Shown here one piece after another: positions 42,050-57,236 of a stretch of 64,000 nucleotides of DNA (positions are counted from its first letter, which is position 1; each line of letters begins with the position of its first letter). Source of the stretch: the human T2T-CHM13v2.0 reference genome, Homo sapiens; assembly GCF_009914755.1 (NCBI RefSeq), contig NC_060925.1. One strand, given 5' to 3'. The notes under the pieces are model-generated. The model made no database searches, was not told where the DNA came from, and was given only the letters and a program-made list of their open reading frames with translations. The position numbers and the translations under genes are program-made.

Positions 42050-44985
42050 AACTGTTTCTGCCTTCAGCCAATCAGCTTCTTCCTCTCTTGTCTCTGTCAC
42101 CCACCAACCTGCTGGTCAGTCCTCTCCACTCATCAAGGACCTTGGCTCCCGGTTCAGCAGCTTCTTCTCTCTTCCCTATCTCCCTCTCATTCTGGGTGAT
42201 TTCAGCACTAATGTGAATGAACTATCTATCCAGTGTCCTAACCCTACAATACCTTGATACCCTCAACTCCAGGGCTATTCACCTCCACTCCAATAACCTA
42301 CTCATACCCAAGGCCTCACCTTGGACTTTCTCACCACTCAGATTTGCTCCAACCTGGAAAACTTAAACTCTAATGTCCTGCTTCCTGAAAACAGTTTTGG
42401 TGCTTCTCATACCCTGATTCCTTTCTTCTCTTTATACCTGCTCCTTGCCTTCTTCCTTCAGTACATTTCCTCCTAATCTATCAACCAAATCCTCATTCCA
42501 CTTCCTGCATTTTTCAGTCCAAACTCATAGCCTGTCACTTCATCCTTGCTAATATCCTTGTCCACTTGTCCTCAGCTGCATCCACACTGCAAGACGCCAC
42601 TCTGAATTAATCCGTCCACTTTTCTGCTCCTGCCCAGAAAAATATCACATCCAGCCACTGGAGGAATTAAGTTGATACCCCTGTAAATTCACTCTCTAGC
42701 CTTCCATATACCTCTTGCTGGGTCTACAGCTGCTCTCAGCAGCAGACCTCATCATTATTCTGAGAGAAAATAAAGGCAATCAGAAAAGAACACCTTCCCT
42801 TCAGTCTTCCTAAGCCCACTGTTAACAATCTTATCTATATTTCTACCCATCTGTCTCTTTCCTCCTATCCAAAGCTAAGCTTTACATGTTCCCAACCCTA
42901 CACATGCCCATCCCTCACCAGCTTCTCAGAATTCTTACTCCATCAATTATCTCCTCTCCTCTATATTTTCAAGCTCTCCCTCACTTCTAGTTCTTTCCCT
43001 CAAGCCTATAACTAAGCTCAAGATTTCTACCATAGAGGAAAAAAAAAAAAAACAACTCACAAAACCCAACCCCACTCCCAGATGCCACATTACCACACTC
43101 CTTCCTTCCACTTCAAGTTTCTTAAATGAGTGATCTGTGCACTCAGGGTGTCTTACTCCCTGCTTCCCAGTTACTCCTAATCTGGCTTATGTCCCCCATA
43201 ACTCCTTGAAATGGCAGAAACTATTCTGGCAAAGATAGACACTTATGTCCAAGCTGCTAAATCCAACACTTTTCAGTTCCCATCCTAGGTGACCTCTCTG
43301 TCTCATGTGATAGCCCTGGCTGTCCCCACTCCCTGCACTTCATGCCTCCTTTTGTTTCACTACTCTGTGCCCCGACCATCCTGAAACCCTACAGTTCCTT
43401 GAGTGTGCCTTTGTGCCTGTGGCTTCCTCGACCTGAATAACTCTTCTCCATCCACATCCTGTTTTCCAATTCTCCTTCCAAATGCAGCCCAGGAAGGAGC
43501 CCACTGTACTTGCCGGGCAGCCTGTGCTTCTCACTGCTAGAGCACTCATCGCTGTATAGGAATTGACTTTCCCATCACCCCACTACACTGAAACTCCTTG
43601 GGAGCAGGGACTGTGTTTTAATCTACTTTTCTTTCTCCATTTTATTCAGCAGCATTAGACATAGTTGACCACTCTGTCCTTCATGGAGCTCGTTTTTCTC
43701 TAGGCTTCCATGACACCATGTTCTCCTGGGTTACCTCCTACTTCACTGACTGTTCCTTTTTAATACCTTGGATGACTGCTCCTCCTCTGTTTAGCCTCAA
43801 CATTTTCATATCCAAACTCCACCCTGGGCCCTTTTCTGTACTTTATTTACATACTCTCCCTAGGTAATCTCCCCCATTGTTTTCAATGCCATCTATATAT
43901 TGCTGGCCCCCAGATTTCTATCTGAATCTAATCTCCTCCTTGGGCTTCAGATATGTATATACATTTGCCTACTGCATCTCTGTGTGAATGTTTAATCAGC
44001 ATCTCAAACTTAACATGGCCAAAATAGAATTCTGTTCTAGAAATCTGTTCTCCCTGAGTCGTCTCTATCTCTGTATATGGCACCAGCTACTCACCCCATT
44101 GTTTGGCCCAAAAACCTAAAAGTAATGTGACCAATTATCCTGGTTTGTCTGGGACTTGTCCTGGTTTTAGCCCTGAAAATCCCATGTCCCAGGAAACCCC
44201 TCAGTCTCAGGCAATCTGGGTTGGTTTGTCATTCTACTTAGGAGCCACCCTAGATTTCTTTCCTCACATTCCACATCCAGTCAATTTGACCTCCTTCCAG
44301 ATATACCCCAAATCTTCCCCCTTTCCACTTCCACTGCCCCCTGGTCCAAGCCTCCATCATGTCCTACGTAGACCATCCAAACAGCCTCTTCATCTGGCCT
44401 CCCTTCCTCTTTGCTTGGCCTGCTACATTTTTTATTTTTTACACAATAGCCAGAGGATCAATAGCAAAGAGAAAATATGATTGTAGCACCCCACAATCTC
44501 ACCAGCTAAAGCCCTCCAATTACACAGAGAATAAATCCAAATTTTTTCCTGTAGTCTCCCCATGATCTGGCCCCTGTTGGCCCAGCCACCGTCATCTCAT
44601 ATTTCTCTCCCCCTTATTTATTACCGCTTACCGAAGCCATCTTTCATCCCAGCCTCCCCCGTGATCACCTCATGACCCACTCCTCCCTACCACTCAGGCC
44701 TGAGATCAAGGTCACCTCCTCAGTGATACCTTCCCCAACTACTGTATCCAAAGATACCCTGCAAGTCTCTCCCTATCACATCACTCTCTTCTATTGTCTT
44801 TACAGCATATATCACTACCTGAAGGCTTCTTGTTATCTTATTTTTGTTTTCTGACTCCACCACTTAAGGTGTAAGCTCCTTGAGAGCAGAGACCTAGCCA
44901 GTCTTATTCAAATCTGTGTTCCCAGCACTTGGCCCAGACCCTGGCACACAGTAAGTGCTCAATAAATATTTGATGAGTAAATGGA
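42050..44985 (+). mobile_element. L2 LINE remnants
   Basis: cagcagcattagacatagttgaccactc, ggcttccatgacacc, catctcaaacttaacatg, ending cagtaagtgctcaataaatatttgatgagtaaatg. Confidence 0.7.
44123..44236. mobile_element. MER81 hAT-Blackjack MITE inserted in L2
   Basis: gtgaccaa..cctggtttg..gggact..gtcctggttttagc..ctgaaa..ccc...gtcattcta resembles the recalled MER81 consensus over about 114 bp. Confidence 0.7.
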
Positions 44986-45237
44986 TATTCACCACATAGT
45001 ACAGGACCTCTCACTGTACTCGTAAAAGACATTGAATGAACAAATTCATGAGAAAACCAAGCTGTATGCTAGGCACTGGGCCCACCTTTATAACCTAAGA
45101 TACAGTTCTTTTGGACTTTATGGTCTACTGGGAAACAAATGCATAAATCAACCTTTTAAACAAAATATGCGTAACAGTTTGAATATGATGGGGAGTAAGA
45201 AGTGGCATAGTCTTTTATTTTCTTAAATAAAATGTTG

Positions 45238-45550
45238 CTGGCTATAGGGGCTAACACCTGTAATTCCAGCATTTTTGGAGGCCAAGGGGGTTGGATCACT
45301 TGAAGCCAGGAGTTTGAGACCAGCCTGGGCAACAAAGTAGAACCTCATTTTTACAAAAGAATTTTTAAAATTAGCTGGGCATGGTGGTGCACAACTGTAG
45401 TCCCAGCTACTTGGGAGGTTGAGGCTGGAAGATCACTTGAGCCCAGGATTTGGAGGCTGCAGTGTTATGATCATGCCACTGCACTCCGGCCGGGGTGACA
45501 GAGTGAGACTGAGACCTCGTCTCTAAAAAAATAATTAAATTAAATTAAAA
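45238..45550 (+). mobile_element. AluJ
   Basis: Diverged dimeric Alu. Confidence 0.85.
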
Positions 45551-45754
45551 CTAAAGAAAATGTGATCTGCTCCGGGTCCTCTTTCCACTGAGGTGGCAGC
45601 AGATTCAATCTCAGTCATTATTGGGCCTCTCCCCACAACCTCTACAGTTATAAGGAGGTCCGAGGAGTCCAAAAGATCCAGGAAGGGCCCTTTAATCTTC
45701 AGCTCCATATGCACCTGGCTTTAGCCTCTATCATTCCTTGAAGGATTGGCTGCT

Positions 45755-45756
<2 letters not shown>

Positions 45757-45808
<52 letters not shown>

Positions 45809-46091
45809 AGACAGAATCTGGCTGTTGCCCAGGCTGGAGCTGGAGTGCAGTGGTGCAATTTCGGCTCACTGCAACCCCTGCCTCCCAGGTTCAAGCGATT
45901 CTCCTGCCTCGGCCTCCTGAGTAGCTGGGATTACAGGCACACACCACCACACCCAGCTAGTTTTTGTATTTTTAGCAGAGATGGAGTTTCACCATATTGG
46001 TCAGGCTGGTCTTGAACTCCTGATCTCCTGATTCGCCCGCCTCGGCCTCCCAAAATGCTGGGATTACAGGCGTGAGCCACCACGCCCGGCC
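45757..46091 (-). mobile_element. AluS (antisense) with a 51-nt T tract and TSD aggattggctgcttctt
   Basis: Reverse Alu; the TSD is seen on both sides. Confidence 0.92.
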
Positions 46092-47827
46092 AGGATTGGC
46101 TGCTTCTTGGCCAACCTAGGACTTGGGGAAAAAGGATAGATAAGAGAGGTTGAGGGGTTTTGTGGGAGCAAACTTTCGATCCAGTCTACTCACAGGACCT
46201 CCCAAAAACTCCATGCCATTTTCATCTCTGAAATTGCTTTGAACATGCCTCTGGTCTGTGAATCCCACCTGTCTTTACCTAAGCCCTTCTCTTCTTTTCC
46301 TCCTCCCTTAGGACTGTCCTACAAAATTTCCCTTAGGTGGTCTATCTCACTGCTTCCCACAAATGAGAAAGGGGAATAAGGTGTTACAAATGGCCAATTA
46401 TTCATGTGAAACAGAACTCTTACATCTCCCTCCACCAACCTGCTCCCCTTTCAGAATTTCCTATCTCAATGAAAACATCACCTTCCTCCTTGTCACCAAG
46501 CCTAGTAAAGCTGACTCCTTTGTGATTTCTCCTTCTCCTTCATCTAACAAGCCACTGAATCCTGCCAACTATTACACCTCCATGGCTCCCCCTTTCCACT
46601 CTAACCATCCCTTTGGTTGAGCTCATTACCTCAGGCCTATATTGGAACAAGAGCATCCTACTTGATCTATTATAATTGCTCCTCAGTTCAATCCATCCAC
46701 AAATGATCCAAGAGCTATTCCAAAAGAACCCATCTGACCATGTCACTCCCATAATGGTTTGTCACTTTATGTAGAATAAAACAGACCAACTTTGTTAGCA
46801 TGGCATTCAAAGTACTCTATCATTTAGACCCTACATAACGAACTTTATCCCCGACTATTCTTCTCTATCCCCCAGGACCTCCACCCAAACTTATCAGCCT
46901 ATTAGCCATTTCCCCAGCATGTTTCCCATATCCTTCCATTTCTACCTTTTCTCCAAAGCTATTTTTCCTACTTGAAATATCCTTTGCCTTGCTACCCTTT
47001 AACTGCCCCATTCCCTCAACATCCACCCAGTCAAGAGTACTCATTTGTTAGAGTCCAACCCTACCTAATCCAAAAAGAAGGAATTAACATTTACCTAGAA
47101 AAGGAGTGAAGCATTGTAGTTAGAGGCATGGGATCTGGAGCCAGACTGGGTTTCACTCCTAGTTCTCTGCCATTCCCTAGTTACGTAACTCGGGTGGGTT
47201 ACTATGCTTCAGGTCCCTCATCTGTAAATCCGGATATATATCATAATATATACTATGTGAGTATTTGATATTATGAGACAAATATGGTGTAAGAACTTGT
47301 CATATATTACCTACTTTAATCCTCCCAACTACTTTGAGAGATATTATTATTCAAATTTTACAGATGGCCTCTTAAGACTCAAATAATTTACTTATGGGCA
47401 CACAGCTGGTGGAAATGGAAAGCTGGAATTCAACCTCAAATCTGTCTGGACCAATGCCCAGGTTCTCTTTACAGCACTGGAAAGAGCACTAGGAAAGAAG
47501 CAGAGAGGTCTAATCTCTCAAACTTACTCTCAGGTGGAGACCGTAAAAGAGAATGTGTGTGCTGGTAAGGAGCATAGAGAAACACAGGAGCATGAGGAAG
47601 TAATATTAGGCTCAGAGTCAAAGGCAGTTGACAGGCCAATATGTAACCCGACAAGGGAAAAAAAATGACAGGAAACATGGGTGTGAGCCCAAGAGCAATA
47701 TCAGACTTTGTTACTGAGAAAAGGTAACAAAACAGTTAACTTGAGAAGACAGGTGTTACATCTAACATCTTAACTTTAAGGAGCCTAGCACAAAATCAGG
47801 GACTTGAAGAGTTTAAAGAAGTCACTT

Positions 47828-47985
47828 GGCCAGGTGCTCTGGCTCACACCTATAATCCTAGCACTTTGGGAGGGACACGAGGCAGGAGGACGGCTTGAGC
47901 CCAGGAGTTCAAGGTTGTAGTAAGCCATGATGGTGCTAATGCCCTCCAGCCTGGGTGACAGAGGGAGACCCTGTCTTAAAAAAAG
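47828..47985 (+). mobile_element. Monomeric Alu (FLAM/FRAM-like)
   Basis: Single arm flanked by aagtcact repeats. Confidence 0.75.
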
Positions 47986-48404
47986 TCACTCCATTATCTC
48001 ACCCAGTTCTTAAAGTACTGAAAGAAAAACCATCAACCTAGAATTCTAAAGCTAATAAAAATATTTTTCTAAAGTGAGGGAAGAAGTAAAGACTTTTTCA
48101 GACAAAATCTGAGATAAATCATCAGCAGCAAGGTTACATGACAAGAAATGTTCAAGAAGCTCTTCAGGCAGATGGAAAATAATATCTAATAGAAAACTGG
48201 ATCTACACAAAGCAGCAGAAATGGTAAACAAGTGGTAAATAAAGATGTTTTCTAATTCTCAATCTCTTTAAAAGATGATGAACTCTTTAAAGCAAAAACA
48301 ATAGCAACATATTGTAGGTTTATAACTTTTGTATAAGAAAAAAGGTACCACAACAGCAGCACAAGGGACAGGAGGAAGGAAATGGAAGCATACTGTTGTT
48401 AGGT

Positions 48405-48405
<1 letters not shown>

Positions 48406-48438
<33 letters not shown>
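48406..48438. repeat. (CA)n microsatellite
   Basis: Uninterrupted CA run; a second one lies at ~12527-12550. Confidence 0.9.
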
Positions 48439-48440
<2 letters not shown>

Positions 48441-49020
48441 GTGAGGTAATATACATGAAGTGGTATATTATTTAAAGGTATACTGTGACTATGATGAGTT
48501 AAAGCCATATATTTAAACAACAGTTGCTAAAATCAAATAAAGAGGTGTAGCTAATAAGCCAATAGTGAAGATAAAATGGAGTCACAAAAAATAATCCACA
48601 AAAAAGGATAAGAAAAGAAAAATACAGAAAACAAAAAAACAAGATAGATTTAATCTTAACTCTATCAATAATTACATTAAATGTGAATGGTCTAAATATT
48701 CCCAATTAGAAGGCAGACATTGTCAGATTGCATTTAAAAAAAAAATCCAACTGAATGCTATCTACAAAAAACTTACTTTAAATATAAAGACATCAACAGG
48801 TTAAATGTTAAAGGATGGACAGACTTCCATTTTGTGGTGTTATGAAGAGATCTGCAAATCCTCCTCTTCAAAAGTAAATATAAAACTGGAAAAAACTGAC
48901 AAAAATAAACATTTCAGGCATCTGAAAATGAACCAAAGGTAGACCAAAAACTGAGAAGCATTTACTCTTTAAAAATTGCTAGAGATTTAGGTATTAAGTA
49001 TTAAAAGAAATTTGGTTTCT

Positions 49021-49200
49021 TGACCTCAGTCCCTACATTGTGAGCTGAATAACTCTTTGTTTCAGAGACTGTCCAGGCATTGCAGAATGTTAAGCAGTAT
49101 CTCTGGCTTCTAGCTACTAGGTGCCGGCAGCATTTCCCCATTTGCGACAACCAAAAATGTCTCCAGACTTTTCCAAATGTCCCCATGGGGGCAAAATCAG
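49021..49200. mobile_element. MER20 DNA transposon fragment
   Basis: gacaaccaaaaatgtctccagac...tgtcccc..gggggcaaaatc hallmark. Confidence 0.7.
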
Positions 49201-49654
49201 GAAGATAAACAAAAATAAATCTAAATGCACCTAGCAAAGAGCCCTAAAACACAGAAAGTAAAAACTGACAGTAGAGAATGTAGAAATAAACAATTCAGTT
49301 GAACGATTATAGTTGGTGTTTTGATACTCCTCTCTTGGAGTATCAATTTATAAAACAATTAGAAAATCAGTAAGTATATAGAGGGCTTGAACAACATTAT
49401 CAATCAACTTGACCTAACCAACATATAGAGAACATGTCACTAGCAAAGGCCGAATACACATTTTTTTGGTCAAACATATATGGAACACTCTACAGGACAG
49501 ACATACGCTAGGTCTTAAAACAAATCTCAATGCATTTTAAAGGATTAGAATAAAAGAAAGTAATTTTATCTAGGCACCATAAAATTAAGTTAGAAGTCAA
49601 CAAGATATTTGGGATATCTCAAATGTTTAAACTTAAAAATTAAGTGACATACTT

Positions 49655-49989
<335 letters not shown>

Positions 49990-51003
49990 TGACACAATTC
50001 CAATAACCATAGGTCGAAGAAATCACACAGGAAATTAGAAAATAGCTTGAACTGAATGAAAATGAAAACACAACATATAAACATATGTGAGAAGCAGCTA
50101 ATGATGCCTATAGGGAACCTTTTAGCATTAGATATTTATATTAGAAGAAAAGAAAGGTCTTGAATCAGTGGTCTAAGTGCCACCTTAAGAATTAGAAAAA
50201 GAACAAATTGAACCCCAAAAAAGGAGAAGAAAGAAAATGCACTACAGATCAGAAATCAATGGACAAAACAAAGCAAAACAAAAAACAATTGGAAAACAAT
50301 CAATGAAACCAAAAGCTGGTTCTTTAAAAAGATCAATAAAATTAATAAACCTCTAGCCAGACTGATAAGCAAAAAAAGAGAGAGAGAGAAGACGACATAA
50401 ATTACCAAGATCAGGAATGAAAAAGAAGACATCACTGATCCTAAAGACAAGGCAAGGATTCCTCCTCTGACCACTTCTACTTGCCTTTGTACTTGTTATA
50501 CTAGCTGGTACAATAAAGCAAGAAAAACATAAATAAAAGGCATACAGATGAGAAAGAAGGAAGCGAAGTCATTTTTATTCTAAGACATGATCATCTATGT
50601 AAAATATTCAAAGGTCACAAGACACAGAGTTAATATAGAAAAATAAATTGTATTTCTATATTACTAGCAAAGAAGTGGAAATTGAAATGAAAAAAGTACA
50701 ATTTATAATAGTATCTCAAAAAGGAAATATTTAGGGATAATGTAACAAAATATGTACAAGATCAATATATTGAATACTACAAAACACTTGAGAGAAACTT
50801 AAAAAGACTCAAATAAATGGAGAAATATAGTGTGTTTATGGATCAAAGGACTCAATATTGTTAAGATGTCAACTCTTCCTAAATCAATCCATACAGTCAG
50901 TGTAATTCCATTCAATGCCCAACCAGCACCCCCCACCTGCCCCGCATTTTTTTTGGTAAGAATTAATAAGCTAGTCCTGAAATTCAAATAGAAATGCAAA
51001 GGG

Positions 51004-51461
51004 TGACACTCCTATTTGGCAGCCATTTCTCTTAAAGCTCAGTGGTTCTGGACCTGCAGTATCTGCTGAGTTAGGAGGGACAGGAGAGTAGCAGCTAGGT
51101 CGGTGGCAAATAGCCCGCAACATTCCCTTTAGTTACAATGAGTTTACCCCTCAATCTCAAATATTTCCTCAGTGGATTAACAGGAGAGCCAGTGATGGTG
51201 AAGCTTAAGTGGGAATGGAGTATAAGGGCTACCTGGTATCTGTAGATGGCTATATGAACATGCAGCTTGCAGATACAGAATTCATAAATGAGGCATTGCC
51301 TGGACATCTAGGTGAAGTTTTAATAAGGTGTAATAATGTCCTTTATATCAGAGATGTGGAAGAAGAGGAAATGGGGAAATGAGTGAATAGCATCTTTTGA
51401 AGAGGATTTTTTAAATATGTATTTCTAGACAATAAAGATTTGTTTTTCAAAAAAAAAAAAA
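51004..51461 (+). pseudogene. SNRPF (Sm-F) processed pseudogene, frameshifted
   Basis: ATG at 51138 gives [25 protein letters not shown], then a 1-nt deletion; the shifted frame continues [19 protein letters not shown]...[22 protein letters not shown] at 51431-51436, A-tail 51449-51461, flanking gcaaaggg direct repeats. Confidence 0.9.
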
Positions 51462-52822
51462 GCAAAGGGCCTGGAGTAACAAAAACCATTTTGAAAAAGA
51501 ACAAAGTAATTTCAAGACTCACTATAAAGTTACAGTAATCAAGGCAGTGTGGTATTTATGTAAGCACAGAGATACAGATCAATGAAACAGAATACAGGGT
51601 CCAGAAATAGATCCATCTACATGGTCAACTGAAATTTGAAAAATATGTCAAAATTACTCAATGGAGAAAGGATAGTCTTTTCAACAATTGAATATCCATG
51701 TGCAAAAATATGAAGCTTAACCCTTGCCCTCATAACACATACAAAGGTTAACTCAGAGTGAATGACAAGACTTAAATGTCAGAGCTAAAACTACAAAACT
51801 TCTAGAAGTAAACATAAACAAAAATATTCATGACTTTGTTAGGGAAAAACTTCTAAGACCTTTGGAAAAGCATGGACCATAGAAGAAAAAATTGATAAAC
51901 TGAACTTCTGCAAAATTAAAAAAATTCTGCTCCCCAAATTACATAATTTAAAAAATAAAAAGGCAAGCCACAGACTGGGAGAAATATTTGCAAAATATAA
52001 AGGACTTATATCTAGAATATGTTTTTAAAGACACACACACATACACAAATCCATATAAATACTAACAATTTGGCTTAAAAAAAAGGACAAAAGATTTGAA
52101 CAGACACTTGACTGAAGAAGGTATTTATCAATGCAAATAAACATGTGGAAAGATGCTCCATATCATTAAACACCAAGGAAATGCAAATTTACACCAAAAT
52201 AAGATGCCACTAGAATAGCTAAACTTAAAAAGACTTACAATATCAAGTGTTGGCAAGGATGTGGAGCAACTGGAGCTCATACGCTGCTGCCAAGTAGTAT
52301 AGCCACTTTGGAAAACTGTTTGGGAGTTTCTTATATAATTAGATATATACTTACCATATGATCCAGCAGTCTCACTCCTGGATTTATCAAAAAGCAATGA
52401 AATCATATGTCCACTCAAACGCTTGTACTCAACAGTTCATAGAAGCTTTATTCATAATAGACACAAATTTATATGTGCTTATATATGTATATGTTTATAT
52501 GTTTATATATGTAGTCATGTTTATATAACTACACATATTTATCAAAACTCATTGAATTCATACTTAAACAAGCCAACTGTTTATTATCTAGTAAATGAAC
52601 AAATAGTGGTATAATTATACAATGAAATACTACTCAGCCATGAAAAGGAATGGACTACTGATACACTCAACAGAAGGAATGGACTGCAGAGACACTCAAC
52701 AGCACAGATGAATCTCAAAAGCATTACAGTAAAGAAGCCCACCACAGAAGGGTCCATGCTGTACATCCGATACCATTTTTCTGAAATTCTAGAAGAGCTA
52801 AAAGTGTTGAAAGCAGATCAAA

Positions 52823-54295
<1,473 letters not shown>

Positions 54296-54794
54296 AAAAG
54301 TTTAAAAAACAATGTCCTCAACCATCTTAGAAAACTGGATATGAATGGTATCCTGCATAATGAAGTGCCTTTCATAACGATGACAATGTTTCAGCGAACC
54401 TTAGGCTACCACTGGAAAGAGTAGTCATGACGACCTTACATCAACTGATTTAAAACTTTGGGTTTCAGGTCATCACTAATAATGCTAGCTTTTCAAAAAA
54501 AAAAAAAATCAAATACTACAAATACAAAATAATGTAAACATTGAAGATAGACCTTTTCACATACAAAATTGCTTCTTTGAAATGAATTCATAAATTACTT
54601 GTTATGTCGGGAGGGAGCCTGTGTGTTGGAAAAAAGAGGCTATGGAAATTACCACTTGAGTTAAAGAAAAGTGTATCATGTGTCTAAAATACTCTGGTCA
54701 CTGCGCAGACCCTTCCACCACAGAGGAAGAAAGGAAAGAGCAAATCACAATTAAAATTCAATGTGACTTGAACAGTGATAAAAAAGTATACAAG

Positions 54795-56855
54795 GGCCAA
54801 GTGAGGTGGCTCATGCCTGTAATCGCGACACTTTGGGAGCCCCAGGCAGTAGGATCTCTTGAAGCCAGGAGTTTGAGACCAGCCTAGGCAATATAATTAG
54901 ACCCCATCTCTACACACAAAAATAATAAAATTAGCCAGGCAATGTGGTGCATGCCTGTGGTCCTAGCTACTTGGGAGGCTGAGGTGGGAGGATTGTTTAA
55001 GCCCAAAAGTTGGAGGCTGCAGTGAGCTATGACCGTGCCACTGTACTCCAGCCTAGGCCTGGGCGACAGCAAGACTCAAAAAAAAAATCAGTTCCTTTGT
55101 TTGTGTTCAAATACAAATCTTGGTTCTCCTATAAGAAACAGCCCCTACTTCTGGGTAATTACCACAAAAAGGTGGAGTCACACTGGGCCAGGCAGGCCTG
55201 GAATGGGCAGGGCAGGGCAGTTTTCCAGCTTGTTTACACATTGAGGGACCCACCTCCAGGGGAGCAATAGCAACCAGATCTGTAATAACAGGTGTCCATC
55301 AGGCACTCCCAGATGGAAGATAACGCCATCTGGTGGAGACAACAGAGCATCACTAGAAACCCAAAGCCAATCTTCTGCCAAAGAGCTAAAACCCCTGGTG
55401 TGGTGGCAAGAATACTCTGGTACTCCAATGCAGCCTATTAATTCTGGGAAAGGAGGGTCTCAGTTGATTTGCTCGCATATTAAATTCATAAATTAACAAT
55501 GTGTCTTATATTAATAATGACACTAGAATTAATGGATGTGGTATACCTAGCCAAATTGAAATTTGTAATTACTTTCTACAAATTTAGTTAAAGCTTACGG
55601 TAGCTTTTCTCTAAGGACATTTAAATTCTGTGATTCTACATCATCTGATGATTGTGGCACACTTGTTTCTGGTCAGACAAGGCTGTGTGGATGAAACTTC
55701 AATAAAGCTGATAAGAGAGGTGACTTTGGGAAAGCTATTAACTTGGCCAGGCCCAGTGGCTCACACATGTAATCCCAGCACTTTGGGAGGCCAAGGCAGG
55801 AGGACTGCTTGAGGCCAGGAGTTGCTATATGGGCAACATAGCCAGACCCCATCTCTATTTATATATATTAAAAAAAAGAGTCCAGGCGTGGTGGCTCACG
55901 CCTATAATCCCAGCATTTTGGGAGGCCAAGGCAGGCAGCTCATGAGCCCAGGAGTTCGAGACCAGCCTGGGCAACATGGTGAAACCCCATCTCTACAAAA
56001 AAATTAAAGTTAGCTGGGTGTGATGGCATCTGCCTGTAGTCCCAGCTACTTAGGAGGCTAAGGCAGGAGAATCGCTGGAGCCTGGGAGGCGGAGGTTCAG
56101 CACCAAGATTGCACCATTGCACTCCAGTCTGGGTGATGGGAGTGGAACCCTGTCTCAAAAAAAAAAAAAAAAGTTGTTATTCAACAAATATTTATTGACT
56201 ATAGCATACCAGACACAGTTCTAGGCTCTGGACTCATAAACGACAAGATCCCTGTTCTCATGGAGTTTACAGACTAGTGAGGGTGGTGGTAGATGAGAAA
56301 CAAGTAAAAATGTTAACAAGATGAGGGCAGAGTGAACATAATTTTAAAAGGTACTGTGAGAGAAAAAGGAGGGGTTGGGGGATAGAGTGATCAGAGGGCT
56401 CTTTGAGGTGATTATTTGAGATCCAAAGAGGAACTAGTCTTTCATGATAAAATGCGGTCTTAAAAACACCCACTTCAGAACATATATCCAGATAAGTCTT
56501 TTTCAAAACCCCTGGGACTCCTCTGGTTTTTGCCTTCAGAGCCCATTAAGAAAAGGAGGTATGGCTGGACCTGACGACTCATGCCTGTAATCCCAGCACT
56601 TTGGGAGGCCAAGGTGGGCTACTTGCTTGAGTTCAGTAGTTTGAGACCAGCCCGGGCAACATAGTGAGACCCTGTCTCTACAAAAAATAGGTGAGCAAAG
56701 TGGTGCACACCTATGGTCCCAGCTACTCGAGAGGCTGAGATAGGAGGATTGCCTAAGCCTGGGAAGTCGAGGCTGCAGTGAGCTGTGATCATGCCACTGT
56801 ACTTCAGAGCCTGGGTGACAGTGAGACACTGTCTCAAAAAAAAAAAAAAAAAGAA
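54795..56855 (+). mobile_element. Sense Alu cluster (~54795-55088, 55746-55876, 55880-56172, 56566-56855)
   Basis: Alu/FLAM consensus matches separated by unique sequence. Confidence 0.85.
55324..55337 (-). promoter_or_regulatory. CTCF motif
   Basis: The minus strand reads TCCACCAGATGGCG, matching the CCASYAGRKGGCR core. It lies in a unique island among Alus. Confidence 0.65.
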
Positions 56856-56944
56856 AAGAAGGCTTAACTCAAAGCAGCATTTACTATCACCTCTTTCTTT
56901 GACCCTGAATATCCTTGGAATGTTTCTGAAAGTTAATCCATCTT

Positions 56945-57236
<292 letters not shown>

